Shown in pieces: positions 8,746 to 19,026 of a stretch of 64,000 nt of DNA (positions within the stretch are counted from its first letter, which is position 1; every line of letters begins with the position of its first letter). Where the stretch lies: contig JBFWKW010000003.1 of NCBI GenBank assembly GCA_050252455.1, positions 13,699 through 77,698 of the forward strand, read 5' to 3'. A program made the position numbers and the translations under genes. Origin of the DNA: Campylobacterales bacterium. Lineage in GTDB: Bacteria > Campylobacterota > Campylobacteria > Campylobacterales > UBA6016. The notes below the pieces were generated by a model. The model was not told the origin of the DNA, ran no database searches, and saw only the letters and a list, made by a program, of their open reading frames with translations.

Positions 8746-9984
8746 ATGCAAAGCAGTTGCCACGAGCCGGTACTAACGGCATTCACAGCTACGCCTTCGT
8801 ACATAGATACAAACAAGGGCGATAGTTATTACAAAGCATTATATGAGAAATGTAAAACAAGACTTGAAACTCTTAAAAAAGAAGAGACTTCAAAATCCGA
8901 ATTTGATATCTATGAGACACTCGAAGCTCACGATATAAATAGAAGAGATTTTCTTAAGTGGGTATCAGCTACTACCGCCACTTTGATGCTTCCTTCTTTC
9001 TTTGAGCCTTTGGTTGCGCAGGCTGCAGAATTGATGAATAGAGCGCCTGTAATTTGGATAGAGCTCCAAGACTGTGCCGGAAACTCCGAAGCGCTTCTAA
9101 GAAGTTCGGCTCCTACGGTTGACGATTTGCTATTTGATATTATCAGCCTTGAGTACCATGAGACTTTGATGGCGGCTGCAGGTCACCAAGCGGATAAGCA
9201 ACTAGAAGACGGTATGCATACTTTCAAAGGTAAATATATACTTTTCGTAGAGGGCGCAATTCCGGTTAAAGACAAAGGTATTTACGGAACTATCGGCGCA
9301 AGCGGCGAGACTTTTGAAGAGCACCTAAAAAGACTTTCTGCGGACGCAGCTGCTGTCGTAGCTGTCGGCTCATGTGCTACATTCGGTGGTATACCTGCTG
9401 CGGCTCCAAACCCAACTGGTGCGGTAGGCGTTATGGATATAGTAAAAGGTAAGCCTGTTATCAATATACCTGCCTGTCCGGCAAACCCTGCAAATATGGT
9501 TGGCGTTGTTCTTCACTATCTTATGACCGGAACAATACCCGAGCTTGACCATCTTCTTAGACCTAAATTTGCATTTGGTTACAGAATTCATGATAACTGC
9601 GAAAGAAGAGCGCACTTTGATGCGGGCGAATTCGTAGAAAAATGGGGCGATACAGGGGCAAAAAACAACTTCTGTCTATACAAAATGGGCTGCAAAGGTC
9701 CTATGACTTTCAATAACTGTTCAATTATCAGATACAATGACGGTACCAACTGGCCTATCGGCGTCGGTCGTGGATGTATCGGATGCTCAGAGCCTGATTT
9801 TTGGGATAAGTATGCATACGAAAGACCGATGGCAAACGCAGGAATCAAAGCTCCTGGCGGCGGCGTAGAAAAATCAATAGATGAATTCGGTATGGGACTG
9901 GTGACTGCGGCAGTAGTCGGCGTAGGTATCCATGCGGCTATCAGTGCATTTGCGGGTAAAAAAAGCGGAGAGGGAGATAACTAA
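8746..9984 (+). CDS. hydA: [NiFe] uptake hydrogenase small subunit
   Basis: Tat motif RRDFLK; Fe-S ligands (DCAGN, GSCA, PACP, HDNC, CLYKMGCKGP, CIGC); C-terminal TM anchor. ATG 8746 has an AGGGGG SD. Confidence 0.95.
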   Translation: MQSSCHEPVLTAFTATPSYIDTNKGDSYYKALYEKCKTRLETLKKEETSKSEFDIYETLEAHDINRRDFLKWVSATTATLMLPSFFEPLVAQAAELMNRAPVIWIELQDCAGNSEALLRSSAPTVDDLLFDIISLEYHETLMAAAGHQADKQLEDGMHTFKGKYILFVEGAIPVKDKGIYGTIGASGETFEEHLKRLSADAAAVVAVGSCATFGGIPAAAPNPTGAVGVMDIVKGKPVINIPACPANPANMVGVVLHYLMTGTIPELDHLLRPKFAFGYRIHDNCERRAHFDAGEFVEKWGDTGAKNNFCLYKMGCKGPMTFNNCSIIRYNDGTNWPIGVGRGCIGCSEPDFWDKYAYERPMANAGIKAPGGGVEKSIDEFGMGLVTAAVVGVGIHAAISAFAGKKSGEGDN

Positions 9985-11729
9985 TGAGCAAACACGTAGT
10001 AATAGATCCGATTACCAGGATTGAGGGACACCTAAGAGTTGAAGTGGTAATCGACGATAGCAATAAAATAGTTGACGCATATAGCTCATCTACAATGTTT
10101 AGAGGTATTGAGACGATACTAAAAGGTAGAGACCCTAGAGATGCAGGTCTTCTTGCGATGAGAATCTGTGGTGTTTGTACAGGAACACACTACCAAAGAA
10201 GTATCGAAGGCGTTGAGCATGCATTTAAAGTAAAAATTCCTAAAAATGCAAGACTCGTAAGAAATCTTGTTCAAGGCGCTCTTTATGTTCATGACCATAT
10301 AGTTCACTTCTATCACTTGCACGGTCTTGACTGGGTAGACGTAGTATCTGCACTAAAAGCAGACCCTAAAAAAGCCGTAGAGATAGCCAGTAAAGTATCG
10401 GCGAAACCTTGGAATGTGAGCGAAGCTACATATAAGGCCGTCCAAGAGAGAGTTACTAAGTTTGTTAAGCAAGGTAGACTAGGAATTTTCGGTAACGGTT
10501 ATTGGGGTAGCAAAGCGTACAAGCTAAGCCCTGAAGAGAACCTAATCATCCTATCTCACTACCTTGATGCTCTTGATTTGCAAAAAGAACTTGCAAAAAT
10601 GATGGCGATATTCGGCGGTAAAATGCCACACCCTCAAAGTTTTGTAGTCGGCGGTGTGACTTGTGTTCAAGATATCCAAAATCCTGCACGTATAGCACAG
10701 TTCAAACAATGGCTAAAAAAAGGTCAAGACTTTACTAAAAACGCATACATACCTGACGTAGTTCTTGCAGGAAAAGCTTATGCAGACGAGGCTCTTGCCG
10801 GAGTGGGCGGCGGTCTTGGAAGTTTCCTGAGCTATGGCGACTTTAGACTTGACGATAACGATTTCTACAAAGCTTCGCTACTTTTCCCAAGCGGCGTAGT
10901 TTTGAATAAAGATATTAGCAAGGTACTTGAACTAGACCAAGCAAAAATCACGGAAGACGTAACGCACGCATGGTATAAAGGGACAGCTCCTCTTCATCCG
11001 TTCAAAGGTGAGACGATACCTGAATATACGGGCTTCGGTAAAAAAGAAAACGGCATAGCTTATCTAGATACAAAAAACAAATACAGCTGGATTAAAGCTC
11101 CTATTTACAACGATAATAGAGTTGAAGTCGGGCCGCTAGCTAGAATGGTAATCGGATATGCGAAAGGCGATAAGAGAATTAAATCTTATGTAGATGGATT
11201 CTTTGGAAGATTGAATGCTCATGTTGGAGCACAAGTTCCGCTAACGGCTCTATTCTCTACGGTGGGTAGAACTGCTGCGAGAGCTGTTGAGACTGAGCTT
11301 ATGTGTGACGCTATGATGGAGTGGACAGACGAGCTACTCAAAAATACGACAAGCGGACAGCTTGACACATGGACCGAGTTTGATTTTGACAAAGTAGCAA
11401 AAGATGCAGAAGGTTACGGTATGGCGGAGGCTCCAAGGGGCGCTCTAGGTCACTGGGTAAAAATCAAAGACGGTAAAATCGAAAACTATCAGTGTATAGT
11501 TCCTTCAACTTGGAATGCGGGTCCTAGGGATGCAAAAGGCAGAATGGGCGCATATGAGGCTTCTCTTGTAGGCACAAAAGTTGCAAATCCTGACCAACCG
11601 CTTGAAATTTTGCGAACTATCCACAGCTTCGACCCTTGTATCGCTTGCGCGGTTCACATTGTAGATACGAAAGGAAAAGAGCTTGGTGTGTTTAAAATCT
11701 CTCCAAGTGCGGGGGTGTGCAATGTCTAA
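9984..11729 (+). CDS. hydB: [NiFe] hydrogenase large subunit
   Basis: DPITRIEGH, L1 RICGVC, L2 DPCIACAVH followed by a cleavable C-terminal extension. Confidence 0.97.
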   Translation: MSKHVVIDPITRIEGHLRVEVVIDDSNKIVDAYSSSTMFRGIETILKGRDPRDAGLLAMRICGVCTGTHYQRSIEGVEHAFKVKIPKNARLVRNLVQGALYVHDHIVHFYHLHGLDWVDVVSALKADPKKAVEIASKVSAKPWNVSEATYKAVQERVTKFVKQGRLGIFGNGYWGSKAYKLSPEENLIILSHYLDALDLQKELAKMMAIFGGKMPHPQSFVVGGVTCVQDIQNPARIAQFKQWLKKGQDFTKNAYIPDVVLAGKAYADEALAGVGGGLGSFLSYGDFRLDDNDFYKASLLFPSGVVLNKDISKVLELDQAKITEDVTHAWYKGTAPLHPFKGETIPEYTGFGKKENGIAYLDTKNKYSWIKAPIYNDNRVEVGPLARMVIGYAKGDKRIKSYVDGFFGRLNAHVGAQVPLTALFSTVGRTAARAVETELMCDAMMEWTDELLKNTTSGQLDTWTEFDFDKVAKDAEGYGMAEAPRGALGHWVKIKDGKIENYQCIVPSTWNAGPRDAKGRMGAYEASLVGTKVANPDQPLEILRTIHSFDPCIACAVHIVDTKGKELGVFKISPSAGVCNV

Positions 11730-12426
11730 GATGGCAGTGCCGGTCAAAAGAATGACCGTCGCCGGCCGTGTTATACACTGGGCAAACGCTATATCAATAT
11801 TAGCTTGCGTAATAACGGGTCTTTATATAGGACACCCTTACTACCAAAGCTTTATAGCGGATCCGGCGGTAAACAAGTACGTTATGGCATACAATAGGCT
11901 GATACACTTTATCGGCGCAATCATACTTGACGTTACGTCGATAGTTATTGCGTATCTATATTTTTATAGTAGATTTGAGAAAGCCTATCTGAAGATTATC
12001 CCTAATAAAGAGAATTTGACCGAGTTTTGGGAAGTCTTTGTAAATCTAATGACGTTTAACAAACGTAAAAATTTCAACTCTGCTCATGCAGACAGCTTCA
12101 ATACGGTGTACTTTACGGTATTCCATATTTTGCTAATTTTGATGCTTCTAACCGGTCTTCAGCTTTATGTTCAAGGACTTGCTAGCGGTCTTAGCTCTGT
12201 GGGTGCATGGTGGCCTCTGGTTTTACACCTCTCAACAGACTGGACACTATGGGTGTTTGGCGGAAATATGGGTGTTAGAATTGCGCATCACACTATGATG
12301 TGGTGGATTATAGCGTGGACTATTTTCCACATTTACTACCAGATATGGAGAACTATATTCTGGAAAGAGGGAGATATAGCCATCGTCTTCGGCGGTGAGA
12401 AATTCGTAAAAGCCGATAAGGCTTGA
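11722..12426 (+). CDS. hydC: Hydrogenase b-type cytochrome subunit
   Basis: RVIHW, RLIHF, HH..MW...FHIY heme ligands; about 4 TM; position after hydB. Confidence 0.92.
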   Translation: MSKMAVPVKRMTVAGRVIHWANAISILACVITGLYIGHPYYQSFIADPAVNKYVMAYNRLIHFIGAIILDVTSIVIAYLYFYSRFEKAYLKIIPNKENLTEFWEVFVNLMTFNKRKNFNSAHADSFNTVYFTVFHILLILMLLTGLQLYVQGLASGLSSVGAWWPLVLHLSTDWTLWVFGGNMGVRIAHHTMMWWIIAWTIFHIYYQIWRTIFWKEGDIAIVFGGEKFVKADKA

Positions 12427-12944
12427 GCGCCAAAAATCTTCTAATCGGTGTAGGCAACGTCCTCTTCAAAGATGAAGGGGTCGGCGTCTATGCCGCAAAA
12501 TACCTCGATACCAACTACGCTTTCGATAACTCCCTCGAAATAATAGACGGCGGAACGCTTGGCTTCAAACTTATGGCTCTCTTTCAAGAATACGATAATG
12601 TGATTATTTTGGATACCGTCTCTATAGAGGATTCTCCTGGTAGTGTGTATAGACTTCCGGCTGAAGAACTTTTGGGTCTAGGCAGCTACCGCAAGACTGC
12701 GCACGAAGTCGAAATAGTGGAAATGCTGGAGATTTGCTCAATGCTTGATAAAATGGCAAATGTCGTTATTATCGGTATCGTTCCAAAAGACATAGAAAGT
12801 GTAGAGAATGCGATGACCGATGATATAATGTCCGCAATGGATCATTATCTAAAAACGGTTCTTGATGAAGTAACCTCTCTTGGGGTTAAGTTTGAAAAGA
12901 AAAACGATATAAAATTAGAATCAATAATAGACAATTTTTTCTAG
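12423..12944 (+). CDS. hydD: Hydrogenase maturation endopeptidase
   Basis: GVGNVLFKDEGVG, IDGGT, TAHE. Confidence 0.93.
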   Translation: MSAKNLLIGVGNVLFKDEGVGVYAAKYLDTNYAFDNSLEIIDGGTLGFKLMALFQEYDNVIILDTVSIEDSPGSVYRLPAEELLGLGSYRKTAHEVEIVEMLEICSMLDKMANVVIIGIVPKDIESVENAMTDDIMSAMDHYLKTVLDEVTSLGVKFEKKNDIKLESIIDNFF

Positions 12945-12954
12945 GAAAATTCAT

Positions 12955-14457
12955 TTGGTAATCATATATAGACTCGGATTTAATGACGCTAGCGAAGATT
13001 ATGCGTACCTAGCAAGTCAAATACTAAAAAATAAAAATGCAAACGTCATCAAAACCGACGACGAAATAATAATATATATAGACGGTAATGAAGAGGAGAT
13101 AAAATCAACATTCTCGCTTCTCGGCGAAGAGTTGCCGCTGTCTTTGTATTTATCTGCCCAAAGCGTTGAGGAGGCGGCTATGATGCCACCAAATCGTCAG
13201 CCTTTGAAAGAGGTATCCTATCTGGCTATGTATCCTTATGCGGCACGTGACTTGATAGATGATAGAAGCGAAAAGTATTTTGACATAGGCGATGTTGCGC
13301 TTACCGTAAACGGCAAAAATGTTTCAGGCCAAAATGCCGTTAAAGAGAGTATGGGTTTTGTTGTTGAGCAGCTCAAAAACGGTTTATCGGTAGATATAAA
13401 AAATGAGAGAAATCATTATGCGGTATCGACTGCCGAAAGCCCCGCTTTTGTTATGACGAATTTAACCGAGAGAAATCTTAGAAGTTTTGATATATCCATG
13501 GATGAAGCATTGAGCCTTAGCGCAATGGAACGCCCGTTTGTATTGAAGCTCACCGAACAAGCTTCTAAAATAGTTTGTTTTGCCAATGATTCGATTATGC
13601 TGCTTCTCTCTAAGGCTGCCACCGATGCCGGAATAGACGCTCTTTTTATTCATCAAGCAGGAAAATCGGACGTATCCGTTGAGTATCGTGGTGCTTTAGG
13701 TGACGCCCCTGAGAGAAAAGTGGTATATTTTAACGGCAGCGATAGGTTTTTTGTGAATGAAGATTTTGTTGCCGAGAAGATAGAAAACAGTATCGGATCG
13801 CTCTTTTTTGACCTCAATATATCAGATAATTTCGGTGTATATGCAATAAAAGAAGGTGTCGGCTCCAAAAAAATATTATCCGCAGATTTTTTTAATGATA
13901 GCGTTTGGGGTGAAATTGGATCCGGATTTGAATTTGGAGAAAAGCTAGCAGCTAATTTTAAGTCAAGTTTTCCGGATAGATTTGCTGCTATAGGCTCTCT
14001 AAAACTTGGCGATAAACCTACGATTCAAAGTTTTTTTGCCGCAATGTCTGCTATTTTGGGTCTTGACGGTGGATTTGAAAGCGTAGCGTTGATGGCAAAT
14101 AAAGCCGATATAGCGGGCGGGGTAAAACTCGATTTTGTTTTGTCAAAAAATGAAAATGGCTCAGTGGCTTTGAATCTAAAAAAATGTTTTATGTCCATGC
14201 TAAGCTACAAGATAGCCGGGGTTGAAGATGAGATTTTGGCGTATTCATTTTTTGAATCGGCTGTTGACTTTCTCATAATCTCTCAAGATGAAGTCAAGAA
14301 AAGCTTTGAAATCAAAAAACTTCATGTTGCCGGAGAGTTTTTGCTATCCAAAGTTTTTGTCTCAAAACTAAAATCAAAAATAAAAAATGTAGATATCGAT
14401 ATGGCTCTAAACTCCGTTTCTCTTAACTTAAAAGGCTTTTACGAGAGTGCAAGATAA
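12955..14457 (+). CDS. hydE: HydE-like hydrogenase accessory protein (degenerate HypF-like)
   Basis: 500 aa in the hydE position. ELPLSLYL, LSAMERP and a C-terminal SMLSYKIAG..LAYSFFES..AGE region resembling the HypF C-terminus. Confidence 0.6.
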   Translation: MVIIYRLGFNDASEDYAYLASQILKNKNANVIKTDDEIIIYIDGNEEEIKSTFSLLGEELPLSLYLSAQSVEEAAMMPPNRQPLKEVSYLAMYPYAARDLIDDRSEKYFDIGDVALTVNGKNVSGQNAVKESMGFVVEQLKNGLSVDIKNERNHYAVSTAESPAFVMTNLTERNLRSFDISMDEALSLSAMERPFVLKLTEQASKIVCFANDSIMLLLSKAATDAGIDALFIHQAGKSDVSVEYRGALGDAPERKVVYFNGSDRFFVNEDFVAEKIENSIGSLFFDLNISDNFGVYAIKEGVGSKKILSADFFNDSVWGEIGSGFEFGEKLAANFKSSFPDRFAAIGSLKLGDKPTIQSFFAAMSAILGLDGGFESVALMANKADIAGGVKLDFVLSKNENGSVALNLKKCFMSMLSYKIAGVEDEILAYSFFESAVDFLIISQDEVKKSFEIKKLHVAGEFLLSKVFVSKLKSKIKNVDIDMALNSVSLNLKGFYESAR

Positions 14458-16690
14458 GTGTGTCGAGATTGATGTCGGCGGTGTCGTACAAGGGGTCGGA
14501 TTTCGCCCTTTTGTCGCACGCTTGGCTTCAAAGTACGACCTTAAAGGCAGCGTAAAAAACTCGTCGCTCGGCGCCTCAATCGTTGTCTGCGGAAATGACT
14601 CGTCTATCAAATATTTCCTAGAAGAGCTCAAAACTAATCCTCCCGTACTTTCAAAAATAGACAAAATCACTATTAACGAATCGGTATATAAGGCTTTTGA
14701 CGGCTTTTGCGTTGAAGAGAGCTTTGATAGCGGCCTCAAAAATGCTCTTTTCCCCCCGGATCTTACTATTTGCGATGAGTGTGAAAAAGAACTTTTTGAG
14801 CCTGAAAATAGAAGATTTTTGTATCCGCTTATAAATTGTCAAAACTGTGGTCCAAGATTCACGGTTATAGAGTCTTTGCCTTACGACAGAAGTCGCACGA
14901 CTATGCGGTTTTTTGAGATGTGCGATAAGTGTAAGAGCGAATACAAAAATATTCTAGACAGACGTTTCCATGCCGAGCCTATATCTTGCCCCTCTTGCGG
15001 CCCTTCGTTTTATTTTGCCGATGAGTTGGGTGGAGTTTTGGATGTTTCCAAAACCGGGAAAGTACTCGAATCGGTAGCCATAGCCCTGAGCGAAGGTAAG
15101 ATAGTAGCCATGAAAGGTATGGGCGGTTTTCATTTGCTTTGTCGCGCCGACAGCGATGAGGCGGTGACGAGGCTTAGATGGAAAAAAAGAAGAGCCAAAA
15201 AACCGCTTGCGGTAATGTTCGGCTCAATAGATGCGCTGAGGCAAGAGTGTGCATTGTCCGAGTGTGAAGAAAATCTGATTGTCTCAAAAGAGAGACCCAT
15301 AGCTATACTCAAGAAATCACCGTCTTATTCGCTCAGCCGACATATATCATACGATAGTGCCTTTGTGGGCGCTTTTTTGCCTTATAACGGAATATATGCA
15401 ATTTTATTTTGTCTGATAGATTTTCCGCTTGTCGCTACTAGCGCAAACATATCGGATGAGCCGATAATTACGGACGAAAAAGAGCTTTTTGCTAGACTTG
15501 GAAATGCTTTTGACTTTGCTTTTTATTATGATAGGATAATTGTACAAGGTTGCGATGACTCCGTGGTTAGGGCGGCCGACAAAACAACAATAAAGCTTAG
15601 AAACTCCAGAGGTTATTCCCCCTGTTTTCTTAAAAGCCCGCCTTTTTTGAGTCCTGTTTTTTGCGCAGGAGCACACCAAAAAAATTGTTTTGCCGTTTGT
15701 TTTGATGACAATATAGCGGTCTCTTCGCATATCGGCGATTTGAGTTCGTTGGACGCCGTCGAATATTATGAGCAAAGTATAGAGCATATGCGTTCTTTGT
15801 GGAATCTTTCATTTTCTCTTGCCGTATGTGACAAAAATAGTCGTTATGCCTCTTTTGAATACGCAACTTCGCTAGGCGTTAAGACTTTAAAAATACAACA
15901 TCATAAAGCCCATTTTTTAGCCTCTTTATTTGAAAAAGATATGCTGCATGCAGATGCCGTAGGTATCGTATGGGACGGCACGGGACTTGGCGATGACGGT
16001 ACGGTATGGGGCGGCGAGATTTTTGTGAAAAATGGCTACGACATATCCAGGGCGTCCCATGTGCCGCAGTTTTGGCTGCTAGGAGGAGAGATTGCCGCCA
16101 AGCAACCTCGCAAGACCGCGCTATCTCTTGCTTTATCATTTTTGGACAAAGATGAGTCCTATGCAGTGGCAAAAAGATTGGGTTTTGCCGACTCTGAGAT
16201 TCAAATACTATTTGACGCTTTTTTAAAAAAAATAAACTGTGTCAAAAGTACCTCAATGGGAAGGCTATTTGACGGCGTAGCGGCGCTTATCGGAGTTGTT
16301 TGGGATGAGTGCTACGAAGGGGAAAGCGGTCTTATGCTTGAAAGTCTATATGATGCTTCTTGTGACGAGTATTTTGGGGATATGTCAAATATCGGCGCTA
16401 TGTTGCGATATATTCTGGCCGAGGGCGACGCGGCATCGGCTGCTACAAAATTTATCAATACACTCGCAAGATATATAAAAGAGGTATCCGAAAAATATGA
16501 TATGCCTGTTTTTTGTTCCGGAGGGGTATTCCAAAACTCAGCGCTAGTTGCAAAAATAAATCGTGAAATATCAAAAGATAAGATATTTTTCCACGAAAAG
16601 CTAAGTCCAAACGACTCTTCTATATGCGTTGGACAAGCGGCCTTTGCGTCTTTGTATCTAAGCGGTCACATAACCAAAGAAGAACTTTAG
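14447..16690 (+). CDS. hypF: Carbamoyltransferase HypF
   Basis: GVVQGVGFRPF, two CxxC-x18-CxxC zinc fingers, ATSAN, QHHKAH, DGTGLGDDG. Confidence 0.95.
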   Translation: MQDKCVEIDVGGVVQGVGFRPFVARLASKYDLKGSVKNSSLGASIVVCGNDSSIKYFLEELKTNPPVLSKIDKITINESVYKAFDGFCVEESFDSGLKNALFPPDLTICDECEKELFEPENRRFLYPLINCQNCGPRFTVIESLPYDRSRTTMRFFEMCDKCKSEYKNILDRRFHAEPISCPSCGPSFYFADELGGVLDVSKTGKVLESVAIALSEGKIVAMKGMGGFHLLCRADSDEAVTRLRWKKRRAKKPLAVMFGSIDALRQECALSECEENLIVSKERPIAILKKSPSYSLSRHISYDSAFVGAFLPYNGIYAILFCLIDFPLVATSANISDEPIITDEKELFARLGNAFDFAFYYDRIIVQGCDDSVVRAADKTTIKLRNSRGYSPCFLKSPPFLSPVFCAGAHQKNCFAVCFDDNIAVSSHIGDLSSLDAVEYYEQSIEHMRSLWNLSFSLAVCDKNSRYASFEYATSLGVKTLKIQHHKAHFLASLFEKDMLHADAVGIVWDGTGLGDDGTVWGGEIFVKNGYDISRASHVPQFWLLGGEIAAKQPRKTALSLALSFLDKDESYAVAKRLGFADSEIQILFDAFLKKINCVKSTSMGRLFDGVAALIGVVWDECYEGESGLMLESLYDASCDEYFGDMSNIGAMLRYILAEGDAASAATKFINTLARYIKEVSEKYDMPVFCSGGVFQNSALVAKINREISKDKIFFHEKLSPNDSSICVGQAAFASLYLSGHITKEEL

Positions 16691-16738
16691 GTTAAAGTAA
16701 ATAAAATCTTGACCGAATATTACTAAAAGGAAAAAAGT

Positions 16739-17404
16739 ATGCACATTCCTGACGGTTTTTTGGCACCGGCCGTTTATGCGCCGCTGTTTGTTGCTGAAGT
16801 CGGACTGCTTTATTATGCTTTCAAAAAAACGGTTAATCTCGTGAGTGACGATAGCGTGATGCCGTTCTTGGCTTCTATTTCCGCTTTTAGCTTCGTAATC
16901 ATGATGTTTAATGTTCCGATTCCGGGCGGTACCAGTGGGCATGCCACCGGAGTTGCTATTTTGACTTTGCTTTTTGGGCCGTGGGTTGCAATGTTTTCGC
17001 TTAGTGTGGTTTTATTATTGCAGGCAGTATTGTTTGGTGACGGTGGAATACTTGCCTTTGGGGCAAATGCCATCTCTATGGGTTTTGTCGGGGCATTTTC
17101 GGCACACTTTGCCGTTAAGTTCGTCTCTAAGTTTGCAAGTGACAAAATATCTTGGTTTGCCGCAGGGTATGCATCCGCAGTTGTTTCATCGGTTGCTATC
17201 GCCGTTTTGCTCGGTATTCAGCCTATGTTTTTTATGGATGAGGCCGGTAAGGCGATGTTTTTCCCGCTTGGTCTGGAGATTACAATCCCTGCGCTCGTAG
17301 GTTCGCATGCCTTATTCTTTGGTATGCTTGAGGGGGCCGTAACAGTAGGGGCATTGGCTTTACTAAAGAGAGTAAATATTGCTTTGCCGGGGGTACAAAG
17401 ATGA
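16739..17404 (+). CDS. nikM: ECF nickel transporter substrate-binding subunit NikM (CbiM family)
   Basis: N-terminal MHIPDGFL (NikM type), GTSGH, LFGDGG. Confidence 0.88.
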   Translation: MHIPDGFLAPAVYAPLFVAEVGLLYYAFKKTVNLVSDDSVMPFLASISAFSFVIMMFNVPIPGGTSGHATGVAILTLLFGPWVAMFSLSVVLLLQAVLFGDGGILAFGANAISMGFVGAFSAHFAVKFVSKFASDKISWFAAGYASAVVSSVAIAVLLGIQPMFFMDEAGKAMFFPLGLEITIPALVGSHALFFGMLEGAVTVGALALLKRVNIALPGVQR

Positions 17405-17697
17405 AGAGCTATAAAAAACTTATTATCGGGCTTGGCATATTAATAGCCTTAACTCCGCTTGGTCTTATCACCGAAAATCCGGCTTGGGGCGAATGGAGCG
17501 AAGAGGAGATGACGGCAATGCTAGGCTTTATGCCGCAAGGAATCAAGAACGGTTCTTGGTTTGAGGCGCCGTTTGGGGATTATGCTTTTGCACCGCTTGG
17601 GGATGTCGGCGGATATATATTTAGCGCTACACTCGGCTCCATCATCGTAATATCTATTTTCTATGCCTTAAAAAAGATGGCTCGTGCACAAAAATAA
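17401..17697 (+). CDS. nikN: NikN-like (PDGLE-type) ECF accessory subunit
   Basis: Two TM segments around AWGEW...APFGDY; directly follows nikM. Confidence 0.75.
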   Translation: MKSYKKLIIGLGILIALTPLGLITENPAWGEWSEEEMTAMLGFMPQGIKNGSWFEAPFGDYAFAPLGDVGGYIFSATLGSIIVISIFYALKKMARAQK

Positions 17698-18241
17698 ACT
17701 ATTGGCGGCAATGTATGTCGCCGCTTTGGTAGTTTTGAGCATATCTGTTAATTTTTTGTTTTTCGCATTTATCGTGTTTGTATGTTTTTTGGTGCTGCAA
17801 AAAGGTCGCAGAAAAATTATATTTTTCAGATCTTTTTTTGCGGTTGCATTTTTTAGCGGGCTGACTTTACTGGGAACAGCTGCCAGCTCTGCTTTTTTTG
17901 GTGTCGATTTTGATTTGCTCCACATAGCAACTCTGTTTTGCAGGTCATTTGCAAGTGTTTTTCTGACCCTTTCTCTTGTCGATAGAATAGGGATTGTTAA
18001 TATATTTTCTTTTAAAAATGAACTTTCCATGTTTTTTGTAATGCTCTTTTCAAAAATAGAGAGCCTTAAAAAAGAGATGAATGAGTTTAGCGAGGCGGCT
18101 AGAAGCAGGGGGCTTAGAATGAATAACATAAAAGAGTCGACCAGGCTTTTATCCATTGTGGCTACGGCTTTGCTGCTAAAAAGTCTAGAGGGGTTTCGTG
18201 CGAGCGCGGAGGCTTTGAAATCAAGGGGACAAAGTGCTTAA
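17684..18241 (+). CDS. nikQ: ECF transmembrane T component (NikQ/CbiQ)
   Basis: Hydrophobic protein with two Arg motifs, ARSRG and LKSRG. Confidence 0.75.
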   Translation: MHKNKLLAAMYVAALVVLSISVNFLFFAFIVFVCFLVLQKGRRKIIFFRSFFAVAFFSGLTLLGTAASSAFFGVDFDLLHIATLFCRSFASVFLTLSLVDRIGIVNIFSFKNELSMFFVMLFSKIESLKKEMNEFSEAARSRGLRMNNIKESTRLLSIVATALLLKSLEGFRASAEALKSRGQSA

Positions 18242-19001
18242 GGTAGAAAATTTAGTTTTTGAAAGAGACGGCAAAAGAGTTGTAGACAATATATCCTTTG
18301 AGATTAAAGAGGGTGAAAAGGTTGTGCTTTTGGGTCTTAACGGCAGCGGTAAGACTAGTCTTTTAAAGATTTTGAACGGACTATATTTTGCAAACGGCGG
18401 GAATTTTTATTTTCGTGATAAAAAAATAGAAAAAAAAACTTTTACTAAGCAGTTTGAAAAAGATTTTAGGCAAAAATGTTCGCTCTTGTTTCAAAACTAT
18501 GAAGCAATGTTTTTTTGTAAAAATTTATATGAAGATATAGCGTTTTCACCGGCTAGATTTGGGATTTTGGATGTAGACGATAGAGTGATGCATGCTTCTA
18601 GTATGTTCGGTCTTGAGAATAAGCTAGATGAATTTGCATTCAATCTAAGCGGCGGCGAGAAGCAAAGAGCCGCTCTCGCTTGTTTGTTCGCTCTATCGCC
18701 GGATGTGTTGCTGTTAGATGAGCCGACATCCGCACTTGACCCTTTTTGGACAGCTAGACTTGTTGAGATGCTAGAGGTTTCAAATGCGCTTTGTCTCACT
18801 GCTACGCACAATTTATCGCTTGCGTGTGAGCTTGGCGATAGGGCGATAGTTATGAAAGACGGCAAGATAGTATTTGACGGCAAAACGGCCGAGTTTTTAG
18901 GTAATAAAAGCTTGCTGGCAGATGCCGGACTCTTGCATTCACATAGACATACCCACGATGGTGAGCTTCACGAGCATTTGCATGCTCATGATTGGAATTA
19001 G
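18234..19001 (+). CDS. nikO: ECF ATPase (NikO/CbiO) with His-rich tail
   Basis: GLNGSGKT, LSGGEKQR, LLLDEP, TH; C-terminal HSHRHTHDGELHEHLHAH. Confidence 0.88.
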   Translation: MLKVENLVFERDGKRVVDNISFEIKEGEKVVLLGLNGSGKTSLLKILNGLYFANGGNFYFRDKKIEKKTFTKQFEKDFRQKCSLLFQNYEAMFFCKNLYEDIAFSPARFGILDVDDRVMHASSMFGLENKLDEFAFNLSGGEKQRAALACLFALSPDVLLLDEPTSALDPFWTARLVEMLEVSNALCLTATHNLSLACELGDRAIVMKDGKIVFDGKTAEFLGNKSLLADAGLLHSHRHTHDGELHEHLHAHDWN

Positions 19002-19026
19002 AAATTAAACGGCAAGGAAATTTATA

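Noticed and set aside
11620-11660. Possible [NiFeSe] hydrogenase, given that mnmH implies selenium metabolism
   Set aside because: The L2 motif is DPCIAC with ordinary Cys codons and no in-frame TGA.
16696-16724. Second NikR-like site upstream of nikM (AGTAA..TTACT)
   Set aside because: Only a 5-bp arm in AT-rich DNA, with spacing different from the 8622 site; too weak to call.
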